Of a DNA stretch of 64,000 nucleotides, positions 55,384 to 64,000 are shown one piece after another (position 1 is the stretch's first letter; each line of letters begins with the position of its first letter). Position numbers and translations under genes: made by a program. The stretch is from NCBI GenBank assembly GCA_000091205.1, contig AP006502.2. One strand, given 5' to 3'. The notes beneath the pieces were generated by a model that saw nothing but the letters and a program-made list of their open reading frames with translations, was not told where the DNA came from and made no database searches. The stretch is from Cyanidioschyzon merolae (taxonomy: Eukaryota).

Positions 55384-56290
55384 TTGTTGCGTTTCTGGAC
55401 TCAAGATGATTCGCGACGCGTTCGAACAGCGGTTCGTAAAATACAGATATTATTATTCAGGGCATATATAAGGGTCTCCACTGCTCGTATTTTCTTCCAT
55501 CTAGCATCCGATGGTCGCGGATTCTTCAAGCGTTCGACCTTTCTGTATCAACGCAACTCGTGGGCGCAGGAATTTGCAATTACTAGATTGACAAGGAAAT
55601 AACACTCGACGCTATCCTTTGACGACTGCTTGGGAAGCTGACGCCGAATGTTCGATGAACTCGTCAAGTCAAATAATTTATTGCGTTCGAAAATCGAATC
55701 CTCCTCGCCTTGCGGTCATCGACGAAAGGGGAGTCCAAATCAACGTGATACTTCTAACGGGATGTGCTCAGAGAGGCTCATGCCTCTTCTGTTTGCGTGG
55801 AAAAGGGGTTCGCGGCTCGGCCGAATCATCGCAGGGATGCTTTCCCGATGAGACTGCGTCACTGCTTCCCAAAATGAGCGCATCGACGGATCGTCATCTG
55901 TCGACATGTTTCCTGATCAGGTTTTTTTCTTTCGTTTACTAGTTCCACCATGGGAAACATCACTTTTCGCAAACCCTCTATCGAATGGAACGGCATGCGC
56001 TTGCATGTGCAGCGGAAAGAGTACTCGCCGAGAGAAGTGCCCAGACGAAGCCTTTGGCCGTACGGTACGGGGCCGGGCACGGCAACAGAAGTGGGCATCG
56101 CGCGGAGCCTCCGGCACCTGTCAAGGGCATGTACTGAAAGATGAAGCAAGCATTCATATGCAACCGAGCGACCATTGGACGGTTGGATTCTGTGGACTTA
56201 TGGGAACACCTGATCATACGCGATCGTAACCGTTGCGAATAGGGCACCGAATCTGCATTCAAAGAAGACAAAAATGGCAAGCGAAGCGTA
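55384..56290 (+). repeat. B-family repeat, old diverged copy (about 70% identity)
   Basis: 'ggactcaagatgattcgcgacgcgttcgaacagcggttcgtaaaatacag' aligns with B 'ggaatcaaggttattcgcaacgcgctcagacaacgattcctaaaatagcc'. 'atcaacgcaactcgtgggcgcaggaatttgc' aligns with B 'attgatgcaactcgtgggcgctgccatttgc'. 'tcgaatggaacggcatgcgcttgcatgtgcagcgg' aligns with B 'tcgaacgggacagtatgcgcgtgcgtatgcagctg'. Confidence 0.7.
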
Positions 56291-56899
56291 GATCCCGACT
56301 ACCTCGTGTACATGAAAAGCTCTGCCCACAGTCGGCAGCAGCCAAACCAGGAGTACAATTCTGCCACCAATATCCTTGCATTGCTCAGAACGGAGAGGAA
56401 CTGCCTGGGAACTCCGGCGTATGTAGAGTGTGAGCTAAGAAAGCGATCAAAAGAAGCAGTCTTAGAGATGCCTGCGTAGCCTGGTGTTAATCTCAAAGAA
56501 AGAAGATCCAAAATGCAGTGCGTTCGATTGTATTAAAGGACCTTTCCCATTTTTCTGACATGTGTGCATCAGTAGCGAAAGAAGAGACTTCTAGAAACCA
56601 AGCCGCTTTTGATGGCGATAGCAGGTCTTTCATTTGCCGTCGCAGGCAGCTATACGATAAGTCGGATCGTTGTTCTTATCGGAAACGGCCTGAAACTTTT
56701 TCATGCTGGTGCAAGCGACTGAGTTTTGTCGTTATCGGTCAGAAGCAAGCACCAAAGGAAACTACAGCTGAGACCCGCTCCCCAAGCTACGTCTTGGTTT
56801 CGAGAGAGTTTGTCCGGCGTCATCTCGAGATCGAAACCGCTTAGCCAAGGTGTCCGGGGTGCTCCAAGTTGACCACTCGGCACTATAGGTGATTGACAG

Positions 56900-57478
56900 A
56901 TGGACGAGCTGAACTCGCCCCTCGGGGAGCGAGCACAAGGAGCAAGCCTGGCCCACGTAGTTTGGAGTGATCCGCAATGGCTCGAACGTTACCCGCTGAC
57001 TTTCGAAAACGTTCTGACTTACTTTTCGCGTTCGCCCTTTTATGACCCAACGTGCAATAACGAGCTGGTTCGGATGCAAATGCACCCGGAACTTCAAGGC
57101 GAAATGTTGTACTACACGCAGAGGGAAGAAGAGCTTCTGCTAGGTATGCAGGGGGTAGAGTACGTGCCGTTATGTTCATCGGACGCTCACGAGCTTTTCA
57201 TCATTCGAAAGCAGGTTCGAAGATCCGCGGACGAGGTTCACGTGACGAACCTGTATTACATACTGTACGGGCAAGTCTACGAAGCTCCAGCGTTTTCCAC
57301 AGTTCTTCTTGTTCGTCTCCGACAGAGCGCAGATTTTCTTGTTCGCTCGCTCGGTTTGCTTCGGCAGTGGCTGTCTAAGAAGGAATACGGAGAACCGGGC
57401 GCCACGGGTCATGGGCATGAAGATACCCTTCTTCTGCAACTTCTTCGGAAGGCTCAACAACGCAATCGCCAGCTATAG
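56900..57478 (+). CDS. MED6: Mediator of RNA polymerase II transcription subunit 6 (MED6)
   Basis: 192 aa. 'VVWSDPQWLERYPLTFENVLTYFSRSPFYDPTCNNELVRMQ' matches the conserved MED6 N-terminal core ('...NVLDYF..S.FYD..CNNE..KMQ'). Confidence 0.7.
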   Translation: MDELNSPLGERAQGASLAHVVWSDPQWLERYPLTFENVLTYFSRSPFYDPTCNNELVRMQMHPELQGEMLYYTQREEELLLGMQGVEYVPLCSSDAHELFIIRKQVRRSADEVHVTNLYYILYGQVYEAPAFSTVLLVRLRQSADFLVRSLGLLRQWLSKKEYGEPGATGHGHEDTLLLQLLRKAQQRNRQL

Positions 57479-59260
57479 CTGTCTTGGTTCGAGGGACTGC
57501 TCAAGAGTCCCCTCCGGGCGCTCGTTTACGTTTCCACTGGGGGTTTTGGAATGCTTTAGCAGCAGCAGATTGTGCAGCGCTGTTCATATTTTGAAAGCCT
57601 TACTTTTTAATGCGTAGACTATTTTTGAGGTTATCTGGGCTGGGCTTCGAAAATTGGACCATATGGGGTCTTGTCACCGTGAGTCATCTGGCTTCGGGAC
57701 TCGTGCATTTTGCTGTTGATTTTTTTCAGTAAATATCAAACAATCGAATGCACAAGCCTCCCCAGTTTGAACTTGATCTGCGACCGGCTGGGTACGACGG
57801 GGTTCGCAACAGGCGTTCAGCGAGATCACCTGTTTTAGAATAGCAAATGCACTGCTTGGTGGATTCGTGACTGGGCGGTCTGAACGGGACACTTTGTCTT
57901 TTGATGAGTGCTCCTTGGAATGGTCGTCGGCTTCGAGTGGAAATTGAAAGCTAGATTTTCTGGAGGATTCTAGTCAGTCCCGGGACGAGCCTAGCGCAAA
58001 AATGGCGCACAAAGTTTGGTGGCTCATCGACGTAGTTCAAGTCTCCCAGAAACGAGATCAAGCTGCTCTAGCGGCAATGTTATGAGCATGCCTATCCCGA
58101 AGGTGGACATGATAAGAATTTGCGTTTCTGAGCGCTTTCTGAGGATTACATCAACATCGCCACAGTAAATGTCCTCTAACCGCATTAAAGTTTCTCTCAG
58201 CAAGTTGTCAGCCAAGAGGGATATCTTTAATAGGCTGAATCTCTGCATTATATGCATAAGTCTTACTCTTAGCGTCGTGTATCCTTTGCGGGGAAAAGAG
58301 TGAAATATGGTTCGAACAGGTCATGTACGGATTCTCGCGTACGTTCCATACCTACACCATCACTTTCTTATCACCGCGGTGTGCAGTCACGACGAATCCA
58401 ATCGGGAAGCAGCACGCGTCACTATTGTGCATTACCGACAAAATCTGCATTCGGAAAAAGCATTTCCATCGACAGGGTAAATGAATAGCCACGGCGGGGC
58501 ACCGCCTCTTGCATGCGCATACACGCACGAGAGTTCTCTACACCAATATTCCAATGCGTGCGCAGTCGATGTGTGTATCCCGGTTCGGCGTTCCGAGGCG
58601 GCAGCGCTCGAGAACGCGAGCGCACCGGATGCGCATCTCCTGGATCCCATCGCACTGCGTGGCGAGACTCGCCACCAGCTGTGAGCCAGCCGTTCTGCAA
58701 GACGCAACGCTAGCAGATCAGGAACGCATCGCGTCCATCGTGCGGTAGCGCGCGCATGCAAGCGCTGCCCTCGAGGGGAGCACGGCGGGAGACGCGACAC
58801 GTACGCGTACGAATTACTGTACCTGTGTGCGGTGAAGTGTATTGGATGTGTGTGGACGTTGGACTGCTAGTCGAGGCGAGTTGTCGGGAGCTGTTCGTCT
58901 TCACACGGAGGTATATTGCGAAGCGCTAGTGTTGACACCGGTATCCGGTGCGAACAATCAGACAGAGCAGCAGCGCGAAGCGCACGTCGGCACCTTGAGG
59001 ACTTGGGCTTCGTGTGCGCGTCTGGCGGCGAGCGCGTTTATCGGACGGCTACGGTAAGGCGCGGGGCAACGCGCTGCAGCGGACCTAGCAGCTGGTGTGC
59101 GGACACAGGGCGGTACAGCTCTGAGGCTGCGTTTTCTCTGGCTCAGTGTGTGTGGCGCGACGTTCTGTGCGGTTTTCTAGGTTGGGGCTACCTCGATGCG
59201 CAGTCGCGAGTGCTCTAGCTCGCTGCAGCAACTGTTGCCTGCACTGTTTGCGTCGCGCTA

Positions 59261-61714
59261 GTGCTGCCCACAGCCATGAAATACGGTCACCGTCTTCGGG
59301 CGTTTTACGAGGTTTTCGGGGCAGCGGATCAGGTGGGCCCGGACGGCACTGCGCCCGACGCTCGGGAGCGCCCTGCACCTGGAACGGCGCCGAAGAGCCG
59401 CACGTCCGACTGGCACCGACAAGTCGAGCCTGAGGTCGTGTGCGACGTAGCCGAGAATGCCGGCCGTGACTCCTCAGCTGGCTACGAGACTTCAGCCTCG
59501 TCAGGGGCCGGTGGTGGCCGCGGCAGCTCGCAGCGCTCGCTTTCACCGGTGCCAGCGGAAGACACCACCTCGGAAGCTGACCCGCTGCCGGATGCTGCTG
59601 TGATGGGACCACGAGCACCGGCGTCGCAGCTCCCGGACCTGCGCTCTGAGCTCGGTGATCGATACCGCGCTTTGTACGCCATGTACAAGGCGGGAAAGGC
59701 CGCTGTCCGGTGCATACGCGCAACCATGGACGAGCACGCACCAAGGGCTCATCATCGGACATCAGTGCCCCCAGAGGCGCTGGGCAGACGCTCCCGCTAT
59801 TTGAAGCTGCTGGGCAATAATCTGCAGCTGAGTCGGATCCCCAGTGACCTCGAGCAGGTGTTTGATGCGGTTTGGGTCTTTTTCGACTCCATTATCCGAG
59901 AAATTGGGGCGTTTCGAAGAGTTTTCGAAGAGCGCACAGCTGACTTGCAGTGCCGCCTGGATGTGCTGCGCCAACAGGGAGCATCTAGCAGCGTGCGTGG
60001 CGCGCTGGAGCTGGGCGCGGAGGCGGAGCAGGTTCTAGTGTGCTTGCAGATTGCCCAGGTTGCCATTGGAAAGATTTTGAAAAAGTTCACCAAGGCGTTG
60101 GCTCTGATCGCATCGGACGAAGCGGCGGCTCGCGGCTGGCATGGTTGGGATGTTGCGGATGTGCGCGAAGACGCGCTCGAAGGCGCAGGCCAGAGTGAGA
60201 GCGAGCAGAGCTCCACGACGACGACGTCAGCGACGCCGGCCGGCAGCGGCGGTAGGAGCGACGCCGATGGCGTTGATAAGCGGCGAGGCGGTACCCGCGG
60301 CGTTGGCAACGCCGCCCCGAACGCTATTCAGGATGCAAAACTCGAGCGTGCTGTACGGTTGGCCATGTGCGGGTCGCTGAGCTCGGCCCTAGCGCTGGAT
60401 CCCTCTGAAGAGGCACCGCCGCTGGTGCTGGTTACGCGCCTTCGCAGATTCCTGGTGCAGCAACCTTTTGTGTGCGACCAAAGACGGTTGGGCTTTCTCG
60501 CCGATCTACGCCACCGTAAGGATTGCGCAGTTCTGGCGCTGCACCGCATCTTAGAAAGCCTAACACCAGCTGCGACCGGGGATGATGCGGCGCTGGGTGG
60601 TGCCCCTACCGGGCAGCTGCATACTGCGGCGGCATGTGCCCCAGGTCGGGGCGTCGATGGCGATCAGCGCACGTTAGGCGCGCTCACGCTGTTGCGGCAC
60701 GTTTTGGACGATGTGCCTCCGCCAGGTGAGTACTCTTTGCATGCTCCCTCAGCGCATCTACCAGCTTTGCCGCCCGGCGGGCGTGTGCGACCTTTCGCAG
60801 AGGAGTGCCGCCTCTTAGCCCGCCAACTCGAGTCGCAGCTGGCGGCCTACAACCCGACTACAGATCCATCGTCGCCATACGAGGTTGCGACACGCTTCTA
60901 TCTGGCGAACGTGGCTGCCTCTGGACCGGCGGTGACGGCCGAAGCTTTTCTCCGAGCTGCGCGATCCGTTCCTATGCACTTTTTGTGCCCAATATGCCTG
61001 GATATGCTTTTTGAGACCGTCGAGCTCCCCTGCAGACATCGTTTCTGCGAGGTCTGCATCCAAGAGGCACGCTTTTCCGCAGAGCTACAAGGCGCTACGC
61101 TCTCGTGCCCGTTGTGTCAGCCGGGTCTGTATCGCCGACACTGCTGCGAAACAGCGGACACGTCAGCGGTGCAGGCCGCGAGGCACGCATCGGCATCGCC
61201 CGAGGAATGCGTGTCGAGCGCCGAGCGCGATGCGCTGTCTCCTGCGGATGCGTGCGCACGGACGGAGCAACGCGAGCGGCGAGCGTCCTCTATTGACGGG
61301 TTACTGCGTGCTGCGTTTCCCGCGCAGTGGCGACTGCGCGAGCGGCAGGCGCGTGCAACCCGTGAGATGCTCGAACGTCGTCGACGCTTCCGCGAACGCG
61401 TCGCGCATCTGGATGCTGCCAAGCTGCGCAGCAGCGGGAATCTCGAGTCTGTGGCGCGGAAGCGGTTTCACTGGGTATGCCAGTGCTTTGGCGATCGTAG
61501 TGGCAGAGCGCGGCCAGTTGCGACACCTCCGCCTTCCGCAGGGGATGCGGTGGCTGATGTGGAACCTGCAGCCGACGGCAGGCGGGCAGGTCTCGTGGAT
61601 GCGCGTGCTGGCGTGCTCGGGGACCCCAAGCCGGATGCCGCTGCGCAGACGCAAGGGAAGCCCGCGACGAGCGTGCCCCAAAATCGAGCGCGCAGTGCCT
61701 GTAGTATCGCATGA
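59261..61714 (+). CDS. SPX-domain-like / C3HC4 RING-finger E3 ubiquitin ligase (NLA/BAH1-like architecture) with long low-complexity inserts
   Basis: The C3HC4 RING is 'CPICLDMLFETVELPCRHRFCEVCIQ...LSCPLCQ'. N-terminal SPX-like blocks are 'MKYGHRL' (compare MKFGKHL), 'VWVFFDSIIREIGAFRRVFEE' (subdomain 2) and 'QVAIGKILKKFTKAL' (subdomain 3, compare KILKKYDK). The region is very GC-rich. Confidence 0.65.
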   Translation: MLPTAMKYGHRLRAFYEVFGAADQVGPDGTAPDARERPAPGTAPKSRTSDWHRQVEPEVVCDVAENAGRDSSAGYETSASSGAGGGRGSSQRSLSPVPAEDTTSEADPLPDAAVMGPRAPASQLPDLRSELGDRYRALYAMYKAGKAAVRCIRATMDEHAPRAHHRTSVPPEALGRRSRYLKLLGNNLQLSRIPSDLEQVFDAVWVFFDSIIREIGAFRRVFEERTADLQCRLDVLRQQGASSSVRGALELGAEAEQVLVCLQIAQVAIGKILKKFTKALALIASDEAAARGWHGWDVADVREDALEGAGQSESEQSSTTTTSATPAGSGGRSDADGVDKRRGGTRGVGNAAPNAIQDAKLERAVRLAMCGSLSSALALDPSEEAPPLVLVTRLRRFLVQQPFVCDQRRLGFLADLRHRKDCAVLALHRILESLTPAATGDDAALGGAPTGQLHTAAACAPGRGVDGDQRTLGALTLLRHVLDDVPPPGEYSLHAPSAHLPALPPGGRVRPFAEECRLLARQLESQLAAYNPTTDPSSPYEVATRFYLANVAASGPAVTAEAFLRAARSVPMHFLCPICLDMLFETVELPCRHRFCEVCIQEARFSAELQGATLSCPLCQPGLYRRHCCETADTSAVQAARHASASPEECVSSAERDALSPADACARTEQRERRASSIDGLLRAAFPAQWRLRERQARATREMLERRRRFRERVAHLDAAKLRSSGNLESVARKRFHWVCQCFGDRSGRARPVATPPPSAGDAVADVEPAADGRRAGLVDARAGVLGDPKPDAAAQTQGKPATSVPQNRARSACSIA

Positions 61715-62886
61715 ATGGGGCACGAGCGCTGCGGACGGGTTGCCACGCATCCGCAGTGGGTCCGTGCGAGGCGCGCCTGCGGATGGACCGGTGTTCGATG
61801 CGCTGCTATGCGTGTACGGATGCTTGGGTGATTACGCACATATGAATCGAGGTTTACGCAGTGCAGTGGGCAACGTGGCGATCTCTGCCACTGGCGCAGT
61901 GCAGGCCACGGGGACTCTGCTCGATGGGGCGAGAAGTAGCGATCGCGCGCAGTAACGTGGCCTGTGCGGGTTCATGAGCGCTTCCGGCGATATCCGAGTG
62001 CGGCACGCATGGATGCTGGAGGCCTACCTGTGGCGTCCTCGCCCGCACCACATTGTTCGCTGATAGACGGCCACAGAATGAACAGCCACAGTGGCGGCAC
62101 ACGGCTTGCGCTGGAGAACGTTGGTGCACTCGCTTTGCAATCCTCGTTCAGACCGATACGCACGCTCCGCAGAGATCGCAGCTGCTGGCTGTTATCGTCT
62201 GTTCACCTGGACGTGTGTGTGCTTCACGTCGGACACTGCCAGGTCTGGGCCGGACACCGCGCTGCGAAGGCGCGAAGCGGAGGCGGAGGCAGAGGCGGAG
62301 GCAGAGGCAGCGAGCATCGCAAATCGCTGCTGCTGGCATGCGCAATGGAAAGCGAGTTGTGCGCGTCTCGCCAAAGTGACCCAGCTGTGGGTAGTTACAG
62401 GGTCATGCCCCCGTGGTGAAATACGTGTTACTGCTTGTGCAATAACTGGGAGCGAAGCACTCGATCCCACTAATTTGATGGAATGCGTTCAGTGCATGCA
62501 GCGCTTGCTTCAAATCTTTCCGTGCGTTTGATCGCTACGTGGATGCTGCTTCGGACGACATCTCATGTCATGCAATTTCCTTCCGAGAAATCCCGATGCT
62601 TGACGCCATCGTGGCGCCCAGTGTATCACTTTATTTCATTAGATAGGCACGCCTCCGAACTAGAGCGGAACCTGCTCGTATCCTCAAACTATGCAAACGA
62701 ACATAAAGACCTTGATTTCGAGACGATATTCGTCGTGCAAACGATTTCGAGGTGTAACGCACGAGGCAATGGTGTCCGGCTCGGATGCGGCTGGTGACCC
62801 ACGAAGCGGCGCCCGACGCCGCAGCTGGCCGCATCCGTACGCGATGCTGGGTGTCTCATGGAGGTCCTTCCAATTTTTAGACAAGT

Positions 62887-63990
62887 ATGTACGTCGTCTC
62901 GGGACGTGCCGCGATCTGCGCGCATGCCGCAGCGCGACGTCTTCTCAGAATATCTCAGGTTCTGCGTTCGCCGTCTGTCGCCCTTTCCAGAAAGCGCGAT
63001 ATCATGTTCGTAAGCGCTTGCTGCAACGGAACTCGTAACTTAATTGCGGTTCAGCGTCAACGCCGCGTAAAAACCAGCCGTTCAGGAGGATTCGCGTGTA
63101 CAAGGCGCTTTGGACCGCGGCTGAAGAGGCTTCCACGCCTCGTGGCGGCTGTCGAGAAAGAGACCGAAAAGGTCCAGGGGTCGGTCAACGGGTCAGACGC
63201 TGACGCCGACGGTGGTCTTCAGGGCTACAAGAGCACTGATCCGCGAACAGGCGCGAGTCGCGAACTCAGTTTGGGCGAGAAAGAACGTCTGTACTTGGAG
63301 GCAGTGTATTCGTTTTACAACGGGGAACCGATTCTCAGCAACGAGGAGTTTAACGTTTTAAAGGAGGACCTGCAGTGGAATGGATCACAAGTCATCCTTA
63401 TGAACCGAGACGAACAAAGGTTCCTGAACGCCGCTCAAGCGTTCTACAACGGCAAACCTATAATGAGCGATGAAGATTTCGACGCACTCAAGGATCGTTT
63501 ACGGAAGCAGGGCTCCCAGATTGCCCTACAACAGGGCCCTCGTTGCAACATCGAAACTGGCGTGTGTTACAGTGACTGTCAAGTTGATAAGTTGCGGCAA
63601 GCGGTTATCTACGCACCGGCTGCTGGTATCGGCGCCCTGCTCTGGGCTGGGTTAAGTTTCGAGCTGACCCCGCTGCGACACGTCAACCCGGTCTGGAATC
63701 TGTTCATTGGGGCCCCCGTCATATACGCCTGCGCGCAGCTCCTGACGGGGATCGTGCTTCAAAATGATCCACAGATTGTGGTCGGAGAATGCCCATCTTG
63801 TGGATCGGAACAGCGAGTATTCTTCGGTGACATTCTCGGTGTTGAGGGTTATCGCGATGTAGCCGAAATCAAATGCGAGCGTTGCAAGGCGTCGCTGCGC
63901 CTCGACCGCAAACGCATGCGCCTAGAACAGATCCCGCGTATCCAGGGACCATCCATCAAACAGCGAGAGAACGTAGCACCAGCGTCGTAG
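62887..63990 (+). CDS. PGRL1: PGR5-like protein 1 (PGRL1; cyclic electron flow around PSI), plastid-targeted
   Basis: Strong match to plant PGRL1: 'PILSNEEFNVLKEDLQWNGSQVILMNRDEQRFLNAAQAFYNGKPIMSDEDFDALKDRLRKQGSQIALQQGPRCN'. There are two TM helices and the C-terminal 'CPSCGSEQRVFFG...KCERCKA' Cys pairs. An alternative ATG at 63004 gives 'MFVSACC...' before an Arg/Ser-rich transit-like region. Confidence 0.85.
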   Translation: MYVVSGRAAICAHAAARRLLRISQVLRSPSVALSRKRDIMFVSACCNGTRNLIAVQRQRRVKTSRSGGFACTRRFGPRLKRLPRLVAAVEKETEKVQGSVNGSDADADGGLQGYKSTDPRTGASRELSLGEKERLYLEAVYSFYNGEPILSNEEFNVLKEDLQWNGSQVILMNRDEQRFLNAAQAFYNGKPIMSDEDFDALKDRLRKQGSQIALQQGPRCNIETGVCYSDCQVDKLRQAVIYAPAAGIGALLWAGLSFELTPLRHVNPVWNLFIGAPVIYACAQLLTGIVLQNDPQIVVGECPSCGSEQRVFFGDILGVEGYRDVAEIKCERCKASLRLDRKRMRLEQIPRIQGPSIKQRENVAPAS

Positions 63991-64000
63991 TTGTGGGCGA

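Noticed and set aside
1-64000. Prokaryotic operon or defence-island interpretation of the window
   Set aside because: The window has a GT-AG intron, Mediator, NAC and eIF2B genes, a cytosolic-type IleRS, transit-peptide-like N-termini, and 0.2-3 kb intergenic spacers with frequent strand switches. These indicate a eukaryotic nuclear genome.

Overview
This window reads as nuclear DNA from an intron-poor, moderately GC-rich photosynthetic eukaryote, not a prokaryote. The evidence is a canonical GTAAGT...TAG spliceosomal intron in the ValRS gene; eukaryote-only proteins (NAC-alpha, eIF2B subunit, Mediator MED6, cytosolic IleRS, PGM1-type phosphoglucomutase, SPX-RING ligase); and genes switching strand freely with 0.2-3 kb spacers. 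Several products are plastid/organelle-type: PGRL1, an HCF173-like SDR-CIA30 protein, an EGY-family site-2 protease, a bacterial-type ValRS with a presequence, and a SufE-MnmA fusion. DNA topoisomerase VI subunit B is also present. I cannot name the organism; 'MF...' N-termini rich in Ser/Arg/Ala on three plastid-type proteins weakly suggest a red-lineage primary-plastid alga.

About 17 confident protein genes are present, and most appear intronless. Interleaved with them is an unusually dense set of interspersed repeats of two families:
- Family 'A' is about 540 bp, with diverged copies at about 2536-3322 (a foldback made of two inverted units), 16760-17300, 38960-39512 and 51825-52360. Every copy carries a degenerate ORF ending in N-R-[DE]-x-N-[AT]-[AT]-x-N-[IV], which matches the RuvC-III catalytic signature (DRDxNAAxNI) of TnpB/Fanzor/Cas12-type nucleases.
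- Family 'B' is about 0.9 kb, with three ~98%-identical copies (17340-18215, 21480-22355, 39512-40500), one ~70% diverged copy (55384-56290) and a tail fragment at 30880-31180. Codon-pattern divergence between B copies suggests it once encoded a protein.

Other features: two near-identical A+B composites, a 99-bp tandem repeat, a Tc1/mariner-like transposase relic, a G14 tract, and a GC-rich island at 45.4-48.1 kb.

The most novel observations are the SufE-MnmA fusion, the RuvC-III-bearing A elements (possible non-autonomous relics of a Fanzor/TnpB-like RNA-guided nuclease transposon), the EGY3-like pseudo-protease, and a phosphate-homeostasis trio (SPX-RING, PHT1/Pho84-like transporter, membrane acid phosphatase).
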